This document shows positions 54,073 to 64,000 of a DNA stretch of 64,000 bases, one piece after another (the stretch's first letter is position 1; every line of letters begins with the position of its first letter). Under the pieces are notes generated by a model that saw only the letters and a program-made list of their open reading frames with translations, searched no databases and had not been told where the DNA came from. A program made the translations under genes and the position numbers. Origin of the DNA: Candidatus Latescibacterota bacterium (GTDB lineage: Bacteria > Krumholzibacteriota > Krumholzibacteriia > WVZY01); the NCBI GenBank assembly GCA_963791045.1, contig CAWBQK010000001.1, positions 128,001 through 192,000 of the forward strand, given 5' to 3'.

Positions 54073-55868
54073 TTAGTCGAAGCGGTGCCATTCGGCGTCG
54101 AAACCGCGGGGCAGGTTGTACATCGCCTTGCCGAGATTGATCTCATCGACTGCGGGAAATAGAACCCCGGGGAAGTGGGCACCGACCATGATGTGATCGC
54201 CGTCGGTACTGTGGTTGAACCCGAGGGCGTGACCCAACTCGTGGCGGACAATAACCTGGAACACTTCCAGGTTGTCCACGGTGTAGATCGTTTTCAACGC
54301 GACCCGCCCCTGGATCTGCATCCCGAATTCATCGCGCTTGGTGACGAGGTAATTCTCGCGGGAATCACCTTCATTGATATAGGTTATGAAGAGTCCCGTG
54401 TCGGGTTCCGAGTCGACAAACTCGAATATATCGACGCCAATAAAGCTTTCCCACTCGTCAAATATGTCTATGACGATCTGCTGGTAGTCGAGGTTGTTTG
54501 CCACCATCGGAGGCACATAGACGTAACACGGAGGATTCCACCTTTCGAGAAGGTTCTTCTCTGCGCCTTCGAGCTCGGTCAACTCTCGATAGTATGCGAG
54601 GAAGTTTGGATAATCCGTTGTTACGAGCGGATCATTCGGCAGCATCCAGAAATCACGAACATCCTTGTCCTGGATGTTGTAGGGAGTAAAGAGAATATCG
54701 AAAAACGCTCCAAGTTCCGCGTGGTTCGATTCATCTTCGACATAAATCTGCGAAAGTCCCGCGGGCAACTCCTCCAGCAAGTACGTTCCATCCGCCCCGG
54801 TCGTGGCTACAGACGACACCAACCGAAGGTTGACTCCGGGAATCGGATCGCCCGTCACGGCGTTGCGCACGGTTCCCCGTATCTTCATTCCGCGGGCCTG
54901 GGTCCATGACATCTCCGGGAGCGCCGAGAGGTTTCCAAAGTCGTCGCGCGCGCGGACCGCTACATAAACGGTCCTGGCCGGCGGCAAACCTTGAAGCGTC
55001 ATGCGTTGAATCTCACCGGGGAGTGCCGGCCCGGGTTCACCCGTTCGGTCGCTCGATGAGTTCCAGGAGTGTTCATCCGCAATGGGCATCGGAGACGTTT
55101 TGACGATGTAGTGAGACGGAAGACCCGTCATGCTGTCGTCTCCGACGGCAACCCACTCGATGTCAACCTCTCCGGTCTCCACGCCGGGTTGGATCGAAAC
55201 GATTTCGACCGCGGCCGGGGGTATGGAATCAGGCTCGGAAGCGACCATGAGCAACCACTCGTGCGAAACAAAACTTTCGCCATCTGTAACTACCGCACGG
55301 ATGTTCACGTCGCCCACAAACGATGACGGATACGTGTAACGGCGCGTAACCGATACTATCGAATCGCCTATCGTATAAACATAGCTGAGTGATTTGCCTT
55401 CGGGTCCATCGCGCTGACTATGAAATCGATGGACGAACCGACAATGATGGTAACTTCAGGTTCGGGCGGATCCACGCGGACGAATTCAGGGGGAAGGTTT
55501 ACCGGGATCACCCGAGTGAGGTTCCAGCGGATCTCCGACTGCCCGGCGCCGTCCGAGACACACCCGCGGATTTCCACATCACCGGGTTCGTGGACGACAT
55601 AGACCCATTCGGATTCCGTCGCCGCAAGGCTGTCACCAAGCATAAAAGAGTACTGGAGGTTTTGTTCGTCGGGGTCGATCGCCGTAACCGAAAAATCCAG
55701 GGAATCCCCAACCGCCGCATGCAATGTGGGGGACCCGGGAGAATAGCTCTTGATCACGGGGGGACGCAAATATCTGTCCGGGTCATTGATGTCGCAAGCC
55801 ACGAACGTCACCATCACAATGACACAGGCAGCCACAATCGTCAGGGGTAGAATAATAGAGTTTCTCAT
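54073..55868 (-). CDS. Lipoprotein with Ig-like repeats, FN3, carboxypeptidase-regulatory-like domain and C-terminal M10-like zinc metalloprotease (one apparent frameshift at ~55402)
   Basis: Lipobox FVAC; one-base correction gives DPEGKSLSYVYTIGD and joins ORFs 55368-55868 and 54073-55317; HELGHALGFNH plus Met-turn HIM. Confidence 0.8.
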
Positions 55869-56169
55869 AAGCAGATCTCGTCAAAACGTACAATTCACGA
55901 CGCGCGACGAGGTGGGGGGTCCATCTATAAGAAGTTACATTTCAAGACGGATGGCAAGCAAAAACTCCCCACGGAGACGGCGAACGCCGATCGCCCTCGC
56001 ACCGCAACGACACGCATAACTTAATTTTAAAAAATAAGTTATGCGCCATTCTGGCTCTGGAGCCGACACGAACGCCGGACGGGACGCCAAAGGCCGCGAA
56101 CGGCCGAGTGAGCGGTGGAATTGACCGCATCATGCGGGCCGAATCCGCGGAGTCATGGCCTGGGAAGAA

Positions 56170-56595
56170 TCAGCGGTAGGCGATAATGGCGACGAGCAAT
56201 CCAAAAATAAACCCAACGGTAACCTCGCCCCAAGTGTGGCCGACGAGTTCCTTGAGCCGCGAAGTGTTAAGATGGTGCGTGACAAGAAGATCGTCAACGA
56301 GCTCGTTCAGGACGCGGGCCTGCTTTCCCACTTCCTGCCTTAGTCCGGTGGCCTCGAATACCACGTAGAGGCTGAAGATCAGAGCGATGCTGAACACCGC
56401 CGAATTCACTCCGCTGTCGACACCAACCCCTATGGTCAACGTCGTCACCAGCGATGTGTGTGAGCTGGGCATGCCACCGGTGTCGAATACGCGCTCGAGA
56501 CGAAACTTCCTCGTCCGGTAAAACGCGATCAACACTTTCATGAATTGGGCAAGTAGTCCGCTTGCCAGCGATGCGATACCGATCATGTGAAGCAT
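56170..56595 (-). CDS. Divergent PAP2 family protein (DUF212/YuiD-like)
   Basis: AQFMK, TGGMPSSHT, GLRQEVGKQA, LKELVGHT. Confidence 0.9.
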   Translation of the reverse strand: MLHMIGIASLASGLLAQFMKVLIAFYRTRKFRLERVFDTGGMPSSHTSLVTTLTIGVGVDSGVNSAVFSIALIFSLYVVFEATGLRQEVGKQARVLNELVDDLLVTHHLNTSRLKELVGHTWGEVTVGFIFGLLVAIIAYR

Positions 56596-56667
56596 AACGC
56601 ATTATCCGTTCGAAAGACCGGCGGTCCTCTCAGGCAAAAATCGAAGAAACGGGCCAAAACCCTCCGA

Positions 56668-56697
56668 TTGACATTAGGGGAGCAGGTACTATAAGAT
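56668..56697 (+). promoter_or_regulatory. Putative promoter for the thiolase-DUF35 pair
   Basis: TTGACA-N18-TAAGAT ending 8 nt before the GTG start. Confidence 0.5.
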
Positions 56698-56705
56698 AAC
56701 CGACC

Positions 56706-57857
56706 GTGAAAAAAATCAAGATCAAATCTTCATGTATGACGCATTTTGGCCGTCTGGACAGCGGGCTGGAAGCGCTGGCCCTCGAAGCGCTTGGGGGTGT
56801 AATGGCAGCGGCCGACCCGAAACGGGTCGAGCGGATTTATCTCGCTTCGTACGCACCGGCCGAACTTTGCGGAATCACCGACCCTTTCAGAAAACTGACC
56901 CGGGCGATCCAGGCCGAGTTTCCCGAACTTCGTGCGACCTTCCACGGGGTTTTCAAGACGGGCGGCGAAGCCCTTTACCACGCGCTGGAAGACACCCACC
57001 GTTGCGAGGGACAGACGATCGTTCTCGGTGTCGAGAAGATGGCGCATGTGCCGCCCTCCGAAACCGCGGGAATACTTTCCAACAGAGAGAATCCTCATGA
57101 CCGCGCGTACGGCGCGACGCTTCCCGCTCTCGGAGCCCTGGTGACCCAGTCGTATTTGCGGAAACACGATATCCCCGAACATGCGCTCCATCTTGTCGCC
57201 CAAAAAAACCACTTCCATGGTTCAAAAAACCCGAACGCGCATTTTCAGAAAGCAGTCACCGTAGAGGAAGTGGCCGCGAGCCCTCTTGTCGCCGACCCAC
57301 TCCGCCGCCTCCACTGTGCTCCCGTCTCCGACGGCGCCGCGGCGGTGCTTCTCGATCCGGCCGACGGCGATGTCTGGTATCGGGGTTGGGGTAAAGGAAC
57401 CGACGTTTGTCTCTTTCAGGATCGTGACGACATTTCACGGTTTATGGCCACGGCCGAGGCGGCCACGAACGCCTGTGAGATGGCCGCCGTCACTCCGGCG
57501 GACATTGATATAGTTGAAATCCACGACGCGTTCACATCATTTGAAATGATCAACCTCGAGGAAATGGGTTTCTTCGATTTGGGATCGTCATGGAAAGAAC
57601 TTGCGCAGGGAGGGTTGATTATCAACTCCCGCCTCGCCGTGAACCCGTCGGGCGGAATGAAAGCGCGGGGACACCCCATCGGGTGCACCGCCGTTTCGGG
57701 CAGTGTTGAACTCCACGAACAGCTCACCGGCAGAGCAGGCTCGAGACAACACCATCGCGCCCGGATGGGCATGATCCAGAGTGTCGGCGGCGTTTCAAAC
57801 GAGAGTTTTGTTTTTGTGGTCGACTCCCTCACACATGCGGAAGGGAGCAACCGTTGA
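56706..57857 (+). CDS. Thiolase-superfamily protein (SCP2/archaeal type) with non-canonical active site
   Basis: GVEKM, KNH..G..NPNAHF, PL...HCAPVSDGAAA, EIHDAF, VNPSGG, GHPIG. Confidence 0.88.
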   Translation: MKKIKIKSSCMTHFGRLDSGLEALALEALGGVMAAADPKRVERIYLASYAPAELCGITDPFRKLTRAIQAEFPELRATFHGVFKTGGEALYHALEDTHRCEGQTIVLGVEKMAHVPPSETAGILSNRENPHDRAYGATLPALGALVTQSYLRKHDIPEHALHLVAQKNHFHGSKNPNAHFQKAVTVEEVAASPLVADPLRRLHCAPVSDGAAAVLLDPADGDVWYRGWGKGTDVCLFQDRDDISRFMATAEAATNACEMAAVTPADIDIVEIHDAFTSFEMINLEEMGFFDLGSSWKELAQGGLIINSRLAVNPSGGMKARGHPIGCTAVSGSVELHEQLTGRAGSRQHHRARMGMIQSVGGVSNESFVFVVDSLTHAEGSNR

Positions 57858-58204
57858 CACGATCCGACGGCGACAAGAATCGGGGATTTACGCCCGAAAG
57901 CCTGACACTGTATCGCTGCGAGAACAAGCACGCCTTTTTTTATCCACACAGCAAGTGCCCCGTTTGCCGATCGATGCTGGACGAAATCACATGCAAACCT
58001 GATGCGACGCTGGTGAGTTACACAACCGTTCGCGTGAGTCCCACCGGCTCAGTATTCAGGCTCGGCCTCGCAAAGACACCCAACGGGGCAAAAACCCTCT
58101 GCATTCTCAACGAGCAACTGGAGGGAGTCGGCGCGGTAACCATCGTCAAGGACGACGGTCTTTACTATGCACTGCCGAAGACCTCCAAGAACACCGGCCA
58201 ATAA
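57854..58204 (+). CDS. DUF35-type Zn-ribbon/OB-fold protein
   Basis: C-x2-K-H...CPVC ribbon followed by LVSYTTVRV.P OB-fold; 4-bp overlap with the thiolase. Confidence 0.78.
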   Translation: MTRSDGDKNRGFTPESLTLYRCENKHAFFYPHSKCPVCRSMLDEITCKPDATLVSYTTVRVSPTGSVFRLGLAKTPNGAKTLCILNEQLEGVGAVTIVKDDGLYYALPKTSKNTGQ

Positions 58205-58208
58205 TCCG

Positions 58209-59825
58209 TCACCGGCGCTCGTCCGAGATATACCATTCGTGGAGATTAACGAAGAAACCGATCGCGTTTGGTTCCATACCGTGGTACCCGCGGCGAAGAC
58301 CGACGACTTCGTGCGGGACGGAGAGAAAAAGAATCGGCTGATCGTCATAGATGATCCGCTGACACCGGTACCAAACCGGACGTGAGATATCGGGATCGAG
58401 CGTGGTCTTCGCCAGATCGATTAGCGAATCGATCTCGGCGTTTCTGTAACGTGAAATGTTGTAGCCGTCGGGCGGCATTGAACTGCTATGCCAAAAACTT
58501 GTCAGGTCGGCTTTCGTCGCCACTTTCCAGCCAAGAACGCAGCTCTCATACTCGCCGCTTACGACGCGGCCAATAAAAGTGTTCCATTCAAACGTCCTGG
58601 GGACGACTTTGACACCGATCTTGCGGAGATATTCCTGTGTCATCGTCATGATATCCGACCGGAGCTGATTCCCCTGGTTGGTTATCATCTCGAACTCGAA
58701 ACGTTGGCCGTCCCTGTCAAGAACGCCATCGCCGTCCTCGTCTATCCAGCCCTTCGCTTCGAGTATTTTCGCCGCGCCTTCGGGATCGAAGGGTATCGGC
58801 GTCATCGACGGATCGTGCGCCCACAACACCGAGTGCATCGGCCCCACGCTCGGTTCCGCGAGACCTCCCCACAATGTCTGGATCATCTCGCCGGTGTTCA
58901 CCGCCATCGCGAGTGCGCGGCGCGTGTCGCGGTCGTCAAGAAGCGGCGCTTCTAGATTCCACGACACGAAGTTGTGGTGCCGCGAGCGGTAGGAGATGAT
59001 TTCGACATCCGGATACCCCGACTTGATTTCCGCCACCGCGTCCGTGGGTATCGACTCGAGACAATCGATTTCTCCGGATTTGAGTTGGGTGACAAGGGTC
59101 GTCATGTCGGGTACGATCCGGAACACCACACTGGCGAGATAAGGCCGGTCCTTTTCGAAATAGAGCGGATTTCTTTCGAGTTCGATGTACTGTTCCGACA
59201 CCCAACGGGCAAGTTTGAACGGACCGTTCCCCACTGGCTCCCTGCCTAAGGGAGCGGTTCTGATCTCACCGCGCGGTATGGACTCGAGCACATGCTTCGG
59301 AAGTATCACACCGTCGTTGGCGTCCATCAGCTGATACGGATAGCGGCCGTCAAAATGAAATCTCACCGTGTTGGCGTCGACAACCTCGACATCCTTGATA
59401 CGATCCTTGAGGTTCCGCCCGGGCCATGCCACGAGCGTGTCGGTCTCAAGAACCCATGTGAAACGAACGTCCTCCGCCATCACCGGCTCACCGTCCTGCC
59501 ACACAACATCATCCCTCAAATAAAAAGTGATCGAGAGGCTGTCGGAACTGAACTCCCATTCGCGCGCCAGTCTCGGCTCGAAGTTCAAAAAGTCGCCCTG
59601 CTCCTCGAGCAGTGTCATGTACATCAGACTGATGATGTTTTTGGCCTCGATCGACGACGCGACCAGGGGGTTTAGGGTCTTCGGATCACTGAGAAGACCG
59701 ACGACGACGTCACCACCGGGCTCGGGAGACGGCGCGCCGCCATCCGTCCCGCCGCACGCCGTTATCGTCAGTAGCAAAAGGCACAAAACGCCTTTTCTAA
59801 GTGGTTTTGAAAAGAGAGTCGTCAC
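58209..59825 (-). CDS. ABC transporter substrate-binding lipoprotein, family 5 (peptide/nickel)
   Basis: Lipobox ITAC; DPKTLNP, LRDDVVWQDGEP, PVGNGPFKL, ERNPLYF. Confidence 0.92.
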   Translation of the reverse strand: MTTLFSKPLRKGVLCLLLLTITACGGTDGGAPSPEPGGDVVVGLLSDPKTLNPLVASSIEAKNIISLMYMTLLEEQGDFLNFEPRLAREWEFSSDSLSITFYLRDDVVWQDGEPVMAEDVRFTWVLETDTLVAWPGRNLKDRIKDVEVVDANTVRFHFDGRYPYQLMDANDGVILPKHVLESIPRGEIRTAPLGREPVGNGPFKLARWVSEQYIELERNPLYFEKDRPYLASVVFRIVPDMTTLVTQLKSGEIDCLESIPTDAVAEIKSGYPDVEIISYRSRHHNFVSWNLEAPLLDDRDTRRALAMAVNTGEMIQTLWGGLAEPSVGPMHSVLWAHDPSMTPIPFDPEGAAKILEAKGWIDEDGDGVLDRDGQRFEFEMITNQGNQLRSDIMTMTQEYLRKIGVKVVPRTFEWNTFIGRVVSGEYESCVLGWKVATKADLTSFWHSSSMPPDGYNISRYRNAEIDSLIDLAKTTLDPDISRPVWYRCQRIIYDDQPILFLSVPHEVVGLRRGYHGMEPNAIGFFVNLHEWYISDERR

Positions 59826-60573
59826 GTTTCTTCCGTTGGAGAAGATAGATTTTCAAATACAAGATCGACCGGTACAACGCAGTCGTCGAAGACAACAGAT
59901 AACCATGAACGCCCGCTTTGTAACACTTGCCGACAATATAGTACCGCAAAAAAACACCCAGCGGCAGCACAACAACATCGCCGAGCCTTATTTTCCGCCG
60001 GCCCACCCGCTCCGCCGCTTCGAGTGTCGTATATCGGTTCAAGCGTTGAAAGCTCTCTCCAAGAGATTGATGCGTGTAATGGAAAAGAGGCTCCGCGAGA
60101 TCGAGAAGTTCGCCGTCGGTTTCGATACCCTCATGAACAGGTCGCTGCGTCATCCTTCCACGCGACCGTCGAAAGAGACGCACCTGCCGGTCATCGCTCC
60201 ACGGTCCGTACGGAATGTGTTTCCCAAGAAAAAAGTTGCTCCGCGGAATGCGGAACGCTCCGACGCTCTCATCAACGCCCCCCGAGAGACGCCGGTTGAT
60301 TTCACCGGCAAGCGCCTCGCTCGCCTCTTCGTCGGAATCGATCAAAAGCACCCACTCTCCGCGCGCTTGATCGATGGCGAATTGTTTTTGCGTCGCAAAA
60401 CCATCCCACTCCCTCAAGAAAATGCGGGCACCAAATCGGCGTGCGATGTCGACGGTGGCGTCTTCGCTGTGCGCATCGACGACAACAATTTCATCGGCGA
60501 ATCGCACGCTCTCCAGGCACCGAGCGATATTCGTTTCTTCGTTTTGTGTTACAACGACGGCTGAGAGTTTCAT
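59797..60573 (-). CDS. Glycosyltransferase family 2 (WaaE/KdtX-like beta-glucosyltransferase)
   Basis: TQNEE.NI.RCL, VVDAHSED.T, IDSDE, RLFRR, VHE, LNRYT. Confidence 0.9.
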   Translation of the reverse strand: MKLSAVVVTQNEETNIARCLESVRFADEIVVVDAHSEDATVDIARRFGARIFLREWDGFATQKQFAIDQARGEWVLLIDSDEEASEALAGEINRRLSGGVDESVGAFRIPRSNFFLGKHIPYGPWSDDRQVRLFRRSRGRMTQRPVHEGIETDGELLDLAEPLFHYTHQSLGESFQRLNRYTTLEAAERVGRRKIRLGDVVVLPLGVFLRYYIVGKCYKAGVHGYLLSSTTALYRSILYLKIYLLQRKKRDDSLFKTT

Positions 60574-60631
60574 AATGGGGTTCCCCGGAACTGTCCGGCG
60601 CGATTATCATCCCAGCCGGGGCACCCGCCCG

Positions 60632-63600
60632 TCAAGCGATCCCTTGCGCGGCCGATTGCAGAGAGCGGATGGACAAGTCTTTCCCGCCGGTGGGCGGGAG
60701 CGAGAGCAGACCGAGCACGAGCGCGTGGAACCCGGACATGGTGGTAACGCACGGAACCTTTTTGCTGATGGCGGCCATCCTGATGGCCTTTTCGTCTTCA
60801 ACCGACCTGCTCCCCACGGGCGTGTTGATGACCATGGCGATTTCCCCGCTCTCGATCATGTCGAGAATCCGGCGGTCACCCGTGCTCACCTTTGGGGCTT
60901 CCTGGACGTCAACCCCGTGGGACCTTAAAACCTTGGCCGTTCCCGAAGTCGCGACCAGGGTGTATCCCATGTCGCGCAATCCCTTCGCGGGATACACGCA
61001 CTCTCTCTTGTATCTATTTGCTACACTTATAAATACAGCACCAACCTCCGACAGTTTAAACCCCGAGGCGATCTGGGCTTTTATGAACGCTTCGCCAAAT
61101 GACGGAGCGATTCCCATGACCTCGCCGGTGGATCTCATCTCTGGGCCGAGAAGCGAATCCACTTCGGGGAACCGATCGAAGGGGAGCACCGGCGCCTTGA
61201 CCGATACGAGCCCGTGAACAGCCGGCGGCTTGTCGGGCATGGGCCCTCCCATGATCACCCGGACCGCTTCTTTCACCCAGGCCACACCGGTGGCCTTGCT
61301 GACGAATGGAACCGTCCGCGATGCCCGCGGGTTGATTTCTATACAATAGAGCATGTCGTCCTTGACGGCGTACTGCACATTGAGAAGACCGACCACTCCG
61401 AGGGCGTGCCCGATCCGCTCCGTCGTCGCCCGGATCTCTTCGACAACTTCATCCTCGAGACTCACCGCGGGGAGGACGCATGACGAATCGCCGGAATGAA
61501 CACCGGCTTCTTCGATGTGTTCCATGATCCCGATGACGAGCACGTCGCGTCCGTTACAAACCGCGTCGACATCGACCTCGACGGCGGAATCGAGAAACCT
61601 GTCCAGCATGAGCGGCCGTCCGCCGCTCGCAACGAGCGCTCGCCTGAGTGACTCTTCGAGATCACCCTCGTCGTAAACGAGCCGCATGTCCATCCCTCCC
61701 AAAACGTACGGCGGGCGAAGAAGAAGCGGAAACCCGAGAGCACGCGCCGCGGCGACACCCTCGTCAACACTCGAGGCGAACGTCGACCTGGGCTGTCGCA
61801 CATCGAGTTCGCTGAGAAGTTCACTGCAACGCCTCCTGTCTTCGGCGCGGTCGACCGCTTCGACACCGGTCCCGATAATTTTGACACCGGCATCGGTGAG
61901 ACGGCGGAGAAGCTTTATCGGACCCTGTCCACCAAACTGAACGATCACGCCGTCTGGGTTTTCTATGTCGACGATCGACATGACGTGTTCGAATGTCACA
62001 GGCTCGAAGTAGAGGCGGTCGCTGATATCAAAATCGGTGCTCACCGTCTCGGGATTGCAGTTGATCATTATGGTTTCGTATCCAAGATTCCGGAGTTCAG
62101 CCGCGGCGTGCACGCAACAATAATCAAACTCTATTCCCTGCCCGATGCGGTTGGGCCCACTGCCCAGGATAACAACCTTTTTGTTTTTTGTAGGCCGCGC
62201 CTCGCACACTTCGTCGTACGTCACGTAGTAGTATGGGGTCGCCGCCTCGAACTCACCGGCACACGTATCGACCATTCTCACGGACGGGAGAATCCCCAGC
62301 TCCTTCCTTCTCGCCGACACGATCCCCTCTTGGACGCCGACCAGGTCCGCGATCTGGCGGTCGCCAAACCCGAGCCGCTTGGCCTCTCGAAGCGTTTCCC
62401 TGTCGATTGGAGTCTCCGCTTCAGTGATTTCGATTTCGAAGGCGGCGAGCCGCCGGATGTTTTCGAGGAACCATGGATCGATGGCGGTGAGTTCGTGGAT
62501 ATCATCGAGCGACCATCCCGCGCCAAAAGCCGCCTTGATCGCGAAGAAACGCTCCGGGCTTGGAATGGCAAGCCTCTCGACGAGGCGATCGTTTGTGTAA
62601 CCGCCGAAAGAGTTGTCGAGACCACTCCACCCGGTCTCCAGCGAGCGCATCGCCTTCTGCAACGCCTCGTTGAAAGTCCGTCCGAGCGCGAGAACTTCGC
62701 CAATCGATTTCATCTGCGGGGAGAGGCCGTCATCGGCGCCTTTGAACTTTTCAAAATTCCACTTGGGGATCTTGATGACACAATAGTCAAGAGCCGGTTC
62801 GAACGACGCGGGGATCGAACCGACAATATCGTTGGTGAGCTCGTCGAGCGTGTACCCGAGCGCGAGTTTTGTCGCAACCTTCGCTATCGGATATCCCGTC
62901 GCCTTGCTCGCCAGCGCGCTCGAGCGTGACACGCGGGGATTCATTTCGATAACAATCATCCGGCCGGTCACGGGGTCGAGCGCAAACTGTACGTTCGCCC
63001 CACCCGAGATCCCAACCTCTTCCATTATTCTGAAAGCGCCGTCCCGCAACTGTTGATATTCCTTGTCGCTCAACGTCTGAACGGGAGCAACGGTTATGCT
63101 GTCGCCCGTGTGCGTCCCCATCGGATCGATATTCTCGATCGAACACACAACGACACAGTTGCCCGTGTGGTCCCGCATGACCTCGAGCTCGAACTCCTTC
63201 CATCCTTCGACCGACTCCTCAATGAGCACCTCACTTGTAGGCGACTTTCTCAAACCCGACGCCACCGCTTCGAAATAGGCGTCGCGGTCACGCGCCATCC
63301 CGGCGCCGCTGCCGCCCAGAGTGAACGACGGACGGACGATCACTGGGAGCGACAACTCGTCGAGCGCCGCAACCGCTTCTTCGATGCAGGTAACCACGGC
63401 GCTCTTCGGCACTTCGCACCCGGCCTCGATGGCCAGCCTGCGAAAACTGCGTCTGTTTTCGGCGCGCTCGATGGTGTCGACATCGGCCCCAAGAAGCGTC
63501 ACACCGAGACGCTCGAGTTCACCCCGGCACGAAAGTTCGCACGCGAGGTTGAGCGCCGTCTGCCCGCCGAGGGTGGGAAGAACCGCGTCGCACTTCTCCT

Positions 63601-63838
63601 TCTTGATTATGGATATACAGGTGTCGACGGTAAGCGGTTCGATGTAGGTCGCGTCGGACAAATCGGGGTCTGTCATTATCGTCGCCGGGTTGCTGTTGAG
63701 AAGCACCACTCGTATGCCCTCTTCGCGAAGCGCCCTGATCGCCTGCGTGCCCGAGTAATCAAATTCGCATCCCTGGCCGATGACTATCGGCCCCGACCCG
63801 ATCACAAGCACCGTGTTCACGTTATACCGTTTGGGCAT
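60632..63838 (-). CDS. carB: Carbamoyl-phosphate synthase large subunit
   Basis: [61 protein letters not shown] domain. Confidence 0.97.
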   Translation of the reverse strand: MPKRYNVNTVLVIGSGPIVIGQGCEFDYSGTQAIRALREEGIRVVLLNSNPATIMTDPDLSDATYIEPLTVDTCISIIKKEKCDAVLPTLGGQTALNLACELSCRGELERLGVTLLGADVDTIERAENRRSFRRLAIEAGCEVPKSAVVTCIEEAVAALDELSLPVIVRPSFTLGGSGAGMARDRDAYFEAVASGLRKSPTSEVLIEESVEGWKEFELEVMRDHTGNCVVVCSIENIDPMGTHTGDSITVAPVQTLSDKEYQQLRDGAFRIMEEVGISGGANVQFALDPVTGRMIVIEMNPRVSRSSALASKATGYPIAKVATKLALGYTLDELTNDIVGSIPASFEPALDYCVIKIPKWNFEKFKGADDGLSPQMKSIGEVLALGRTFNEALQKAMRSLETGWSGLDNSFGGYTNDRLVERLAIPSPERFFAIKAAFGAGWSLDDIHELTAIDPWFLENIRRLAAFEIEITEAETPIDRETLREAKRLGFGDRQIADLVGVQEGIVSARRKELGILPSVRMVDTCAGEFEAATPYYYVTYDEVCEARPTKNKKVVILGSGPNRIGQGIEFDYCCVHAAAELRNLGYETIMINCNPETVSTDFDISDRLYFEPVTFEHVMSIVDIENPDGVIVQFGGQGPIKLLRRLTDAGVKIIGTGVEAVDRAEDRRRCSELLSELDVRQPRSTFASSVDEGVAAARALGFPLLLRPPYVLGGMDMRLVYDEGDLEESLRRALVASGGRPLMLDRFLDSAVEVDVDAVCNGRDVLVIGIMEHIEEAGVHSGDSSCVLPAVSLEDEVVEEIRATTERIGHALGVVGLLNVQYAVKDDMLYCIEINPRASRTVPFVSKATGVAWVKEAVRVIMGGPMPDKPPAVHGLVSVKAPVLPFDRFPEVDSLLGPEMRSTGEVMGIAPSFGEAFIKAQIASGFKLSEVGAVFISVANRYKRECVYPAKGLRDMGYTLVATSGTAKVLRSHGVDVQEAPKVSTGDRRILDMIESGEIAMVINTPVGSRSVEDEKAIRMAAISKKVPCVTTMSGFHALVLGLLSLPPTGGKDLSIRSLQSAAQGIA

Positions 63839-64000
63839 TTCTCGCCCCCTCCCAGACTGACACTAACGGCGCGGGAGCGGCGTTCCCCACCCGTAACCGG
63901 ACCCGTTTGGAGAATTCCTCGATTATGTAGAAAGCATCATGCGGCCCAGGCGATGCCTCGGGATGAAATTGGACACATTCGACGAGAAGGGATTCGACGG
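63822..64000 (-). CDS. carA: Carbamoyl-phosphate synthase small subunit, 3' end only
   Basis: Hand translation [18 protein letters not shown] at 63822-63824 overlaps the carB start. Confidence 0.9.
   Translation of the reverse strand, partial: VESLLVECVQFHPEASPGPHDAFYIIEEFSKRVRLRVGNAAPAPLVSVWEGARNAQTV

Overview
GC-rich bacterial chromosomal window, mostly core/metabolic genes. It contains a complete minus-strand rRNA operon (16S, tRNA-Ile, tRNA-Ala, 23S, 5S) preceded by tyrS and followed by rpmB-rpmG. Other content: pruA, nadE, a ClC-flippase-archease-acylphosphatase run, an AmmeMemoRadiSam locus (amrS, amrB-amrA fusion, spermidine-synthase-like membrane protein), a Wolinella/Desulfovibrio-type fumarate reductase frdCAB, a large MscS, PBP1A, alr-deoB-deoC, acyl-CoA dehydrogenase-etfBA, several large secreted proteases/proteins with FlgD-Ig/T9SS-like C-terminal domains (M6, C25 gingipain-like) plus an M10-like lipoprotein, a thiolase-DUF35 pair, a peptide ABC SBP, a GT2 and carAB (carA partial). 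The C-terminal domains suggest an FCB-group candidate lineage such as Latescibacterota/Krumholzibacteriota (inference; check with the 16S). About 16 single-base frameshifts (frdA, frdB, mscS, alr, others) most likely reflect consensus errors. Best candidate for a novel system: the AmmeMemoRadiSam locus, where the radical SAM enzyme has a Tat signal and an extra CxxCH insert, the AmrB-AmrA fusion has a signal-like N-terminus, and both are coupled to a membrane SAM-binding protein. Other leads: a thiolase lacking both catalytic cysteines paired with DUF35, an all-helical lipoprotein/partner pair, a structured intergenic element at 48.6 kb and a recurrent 25-bp palindromic intergenic motif. No CRISPR array, prophage or transposase was seen.
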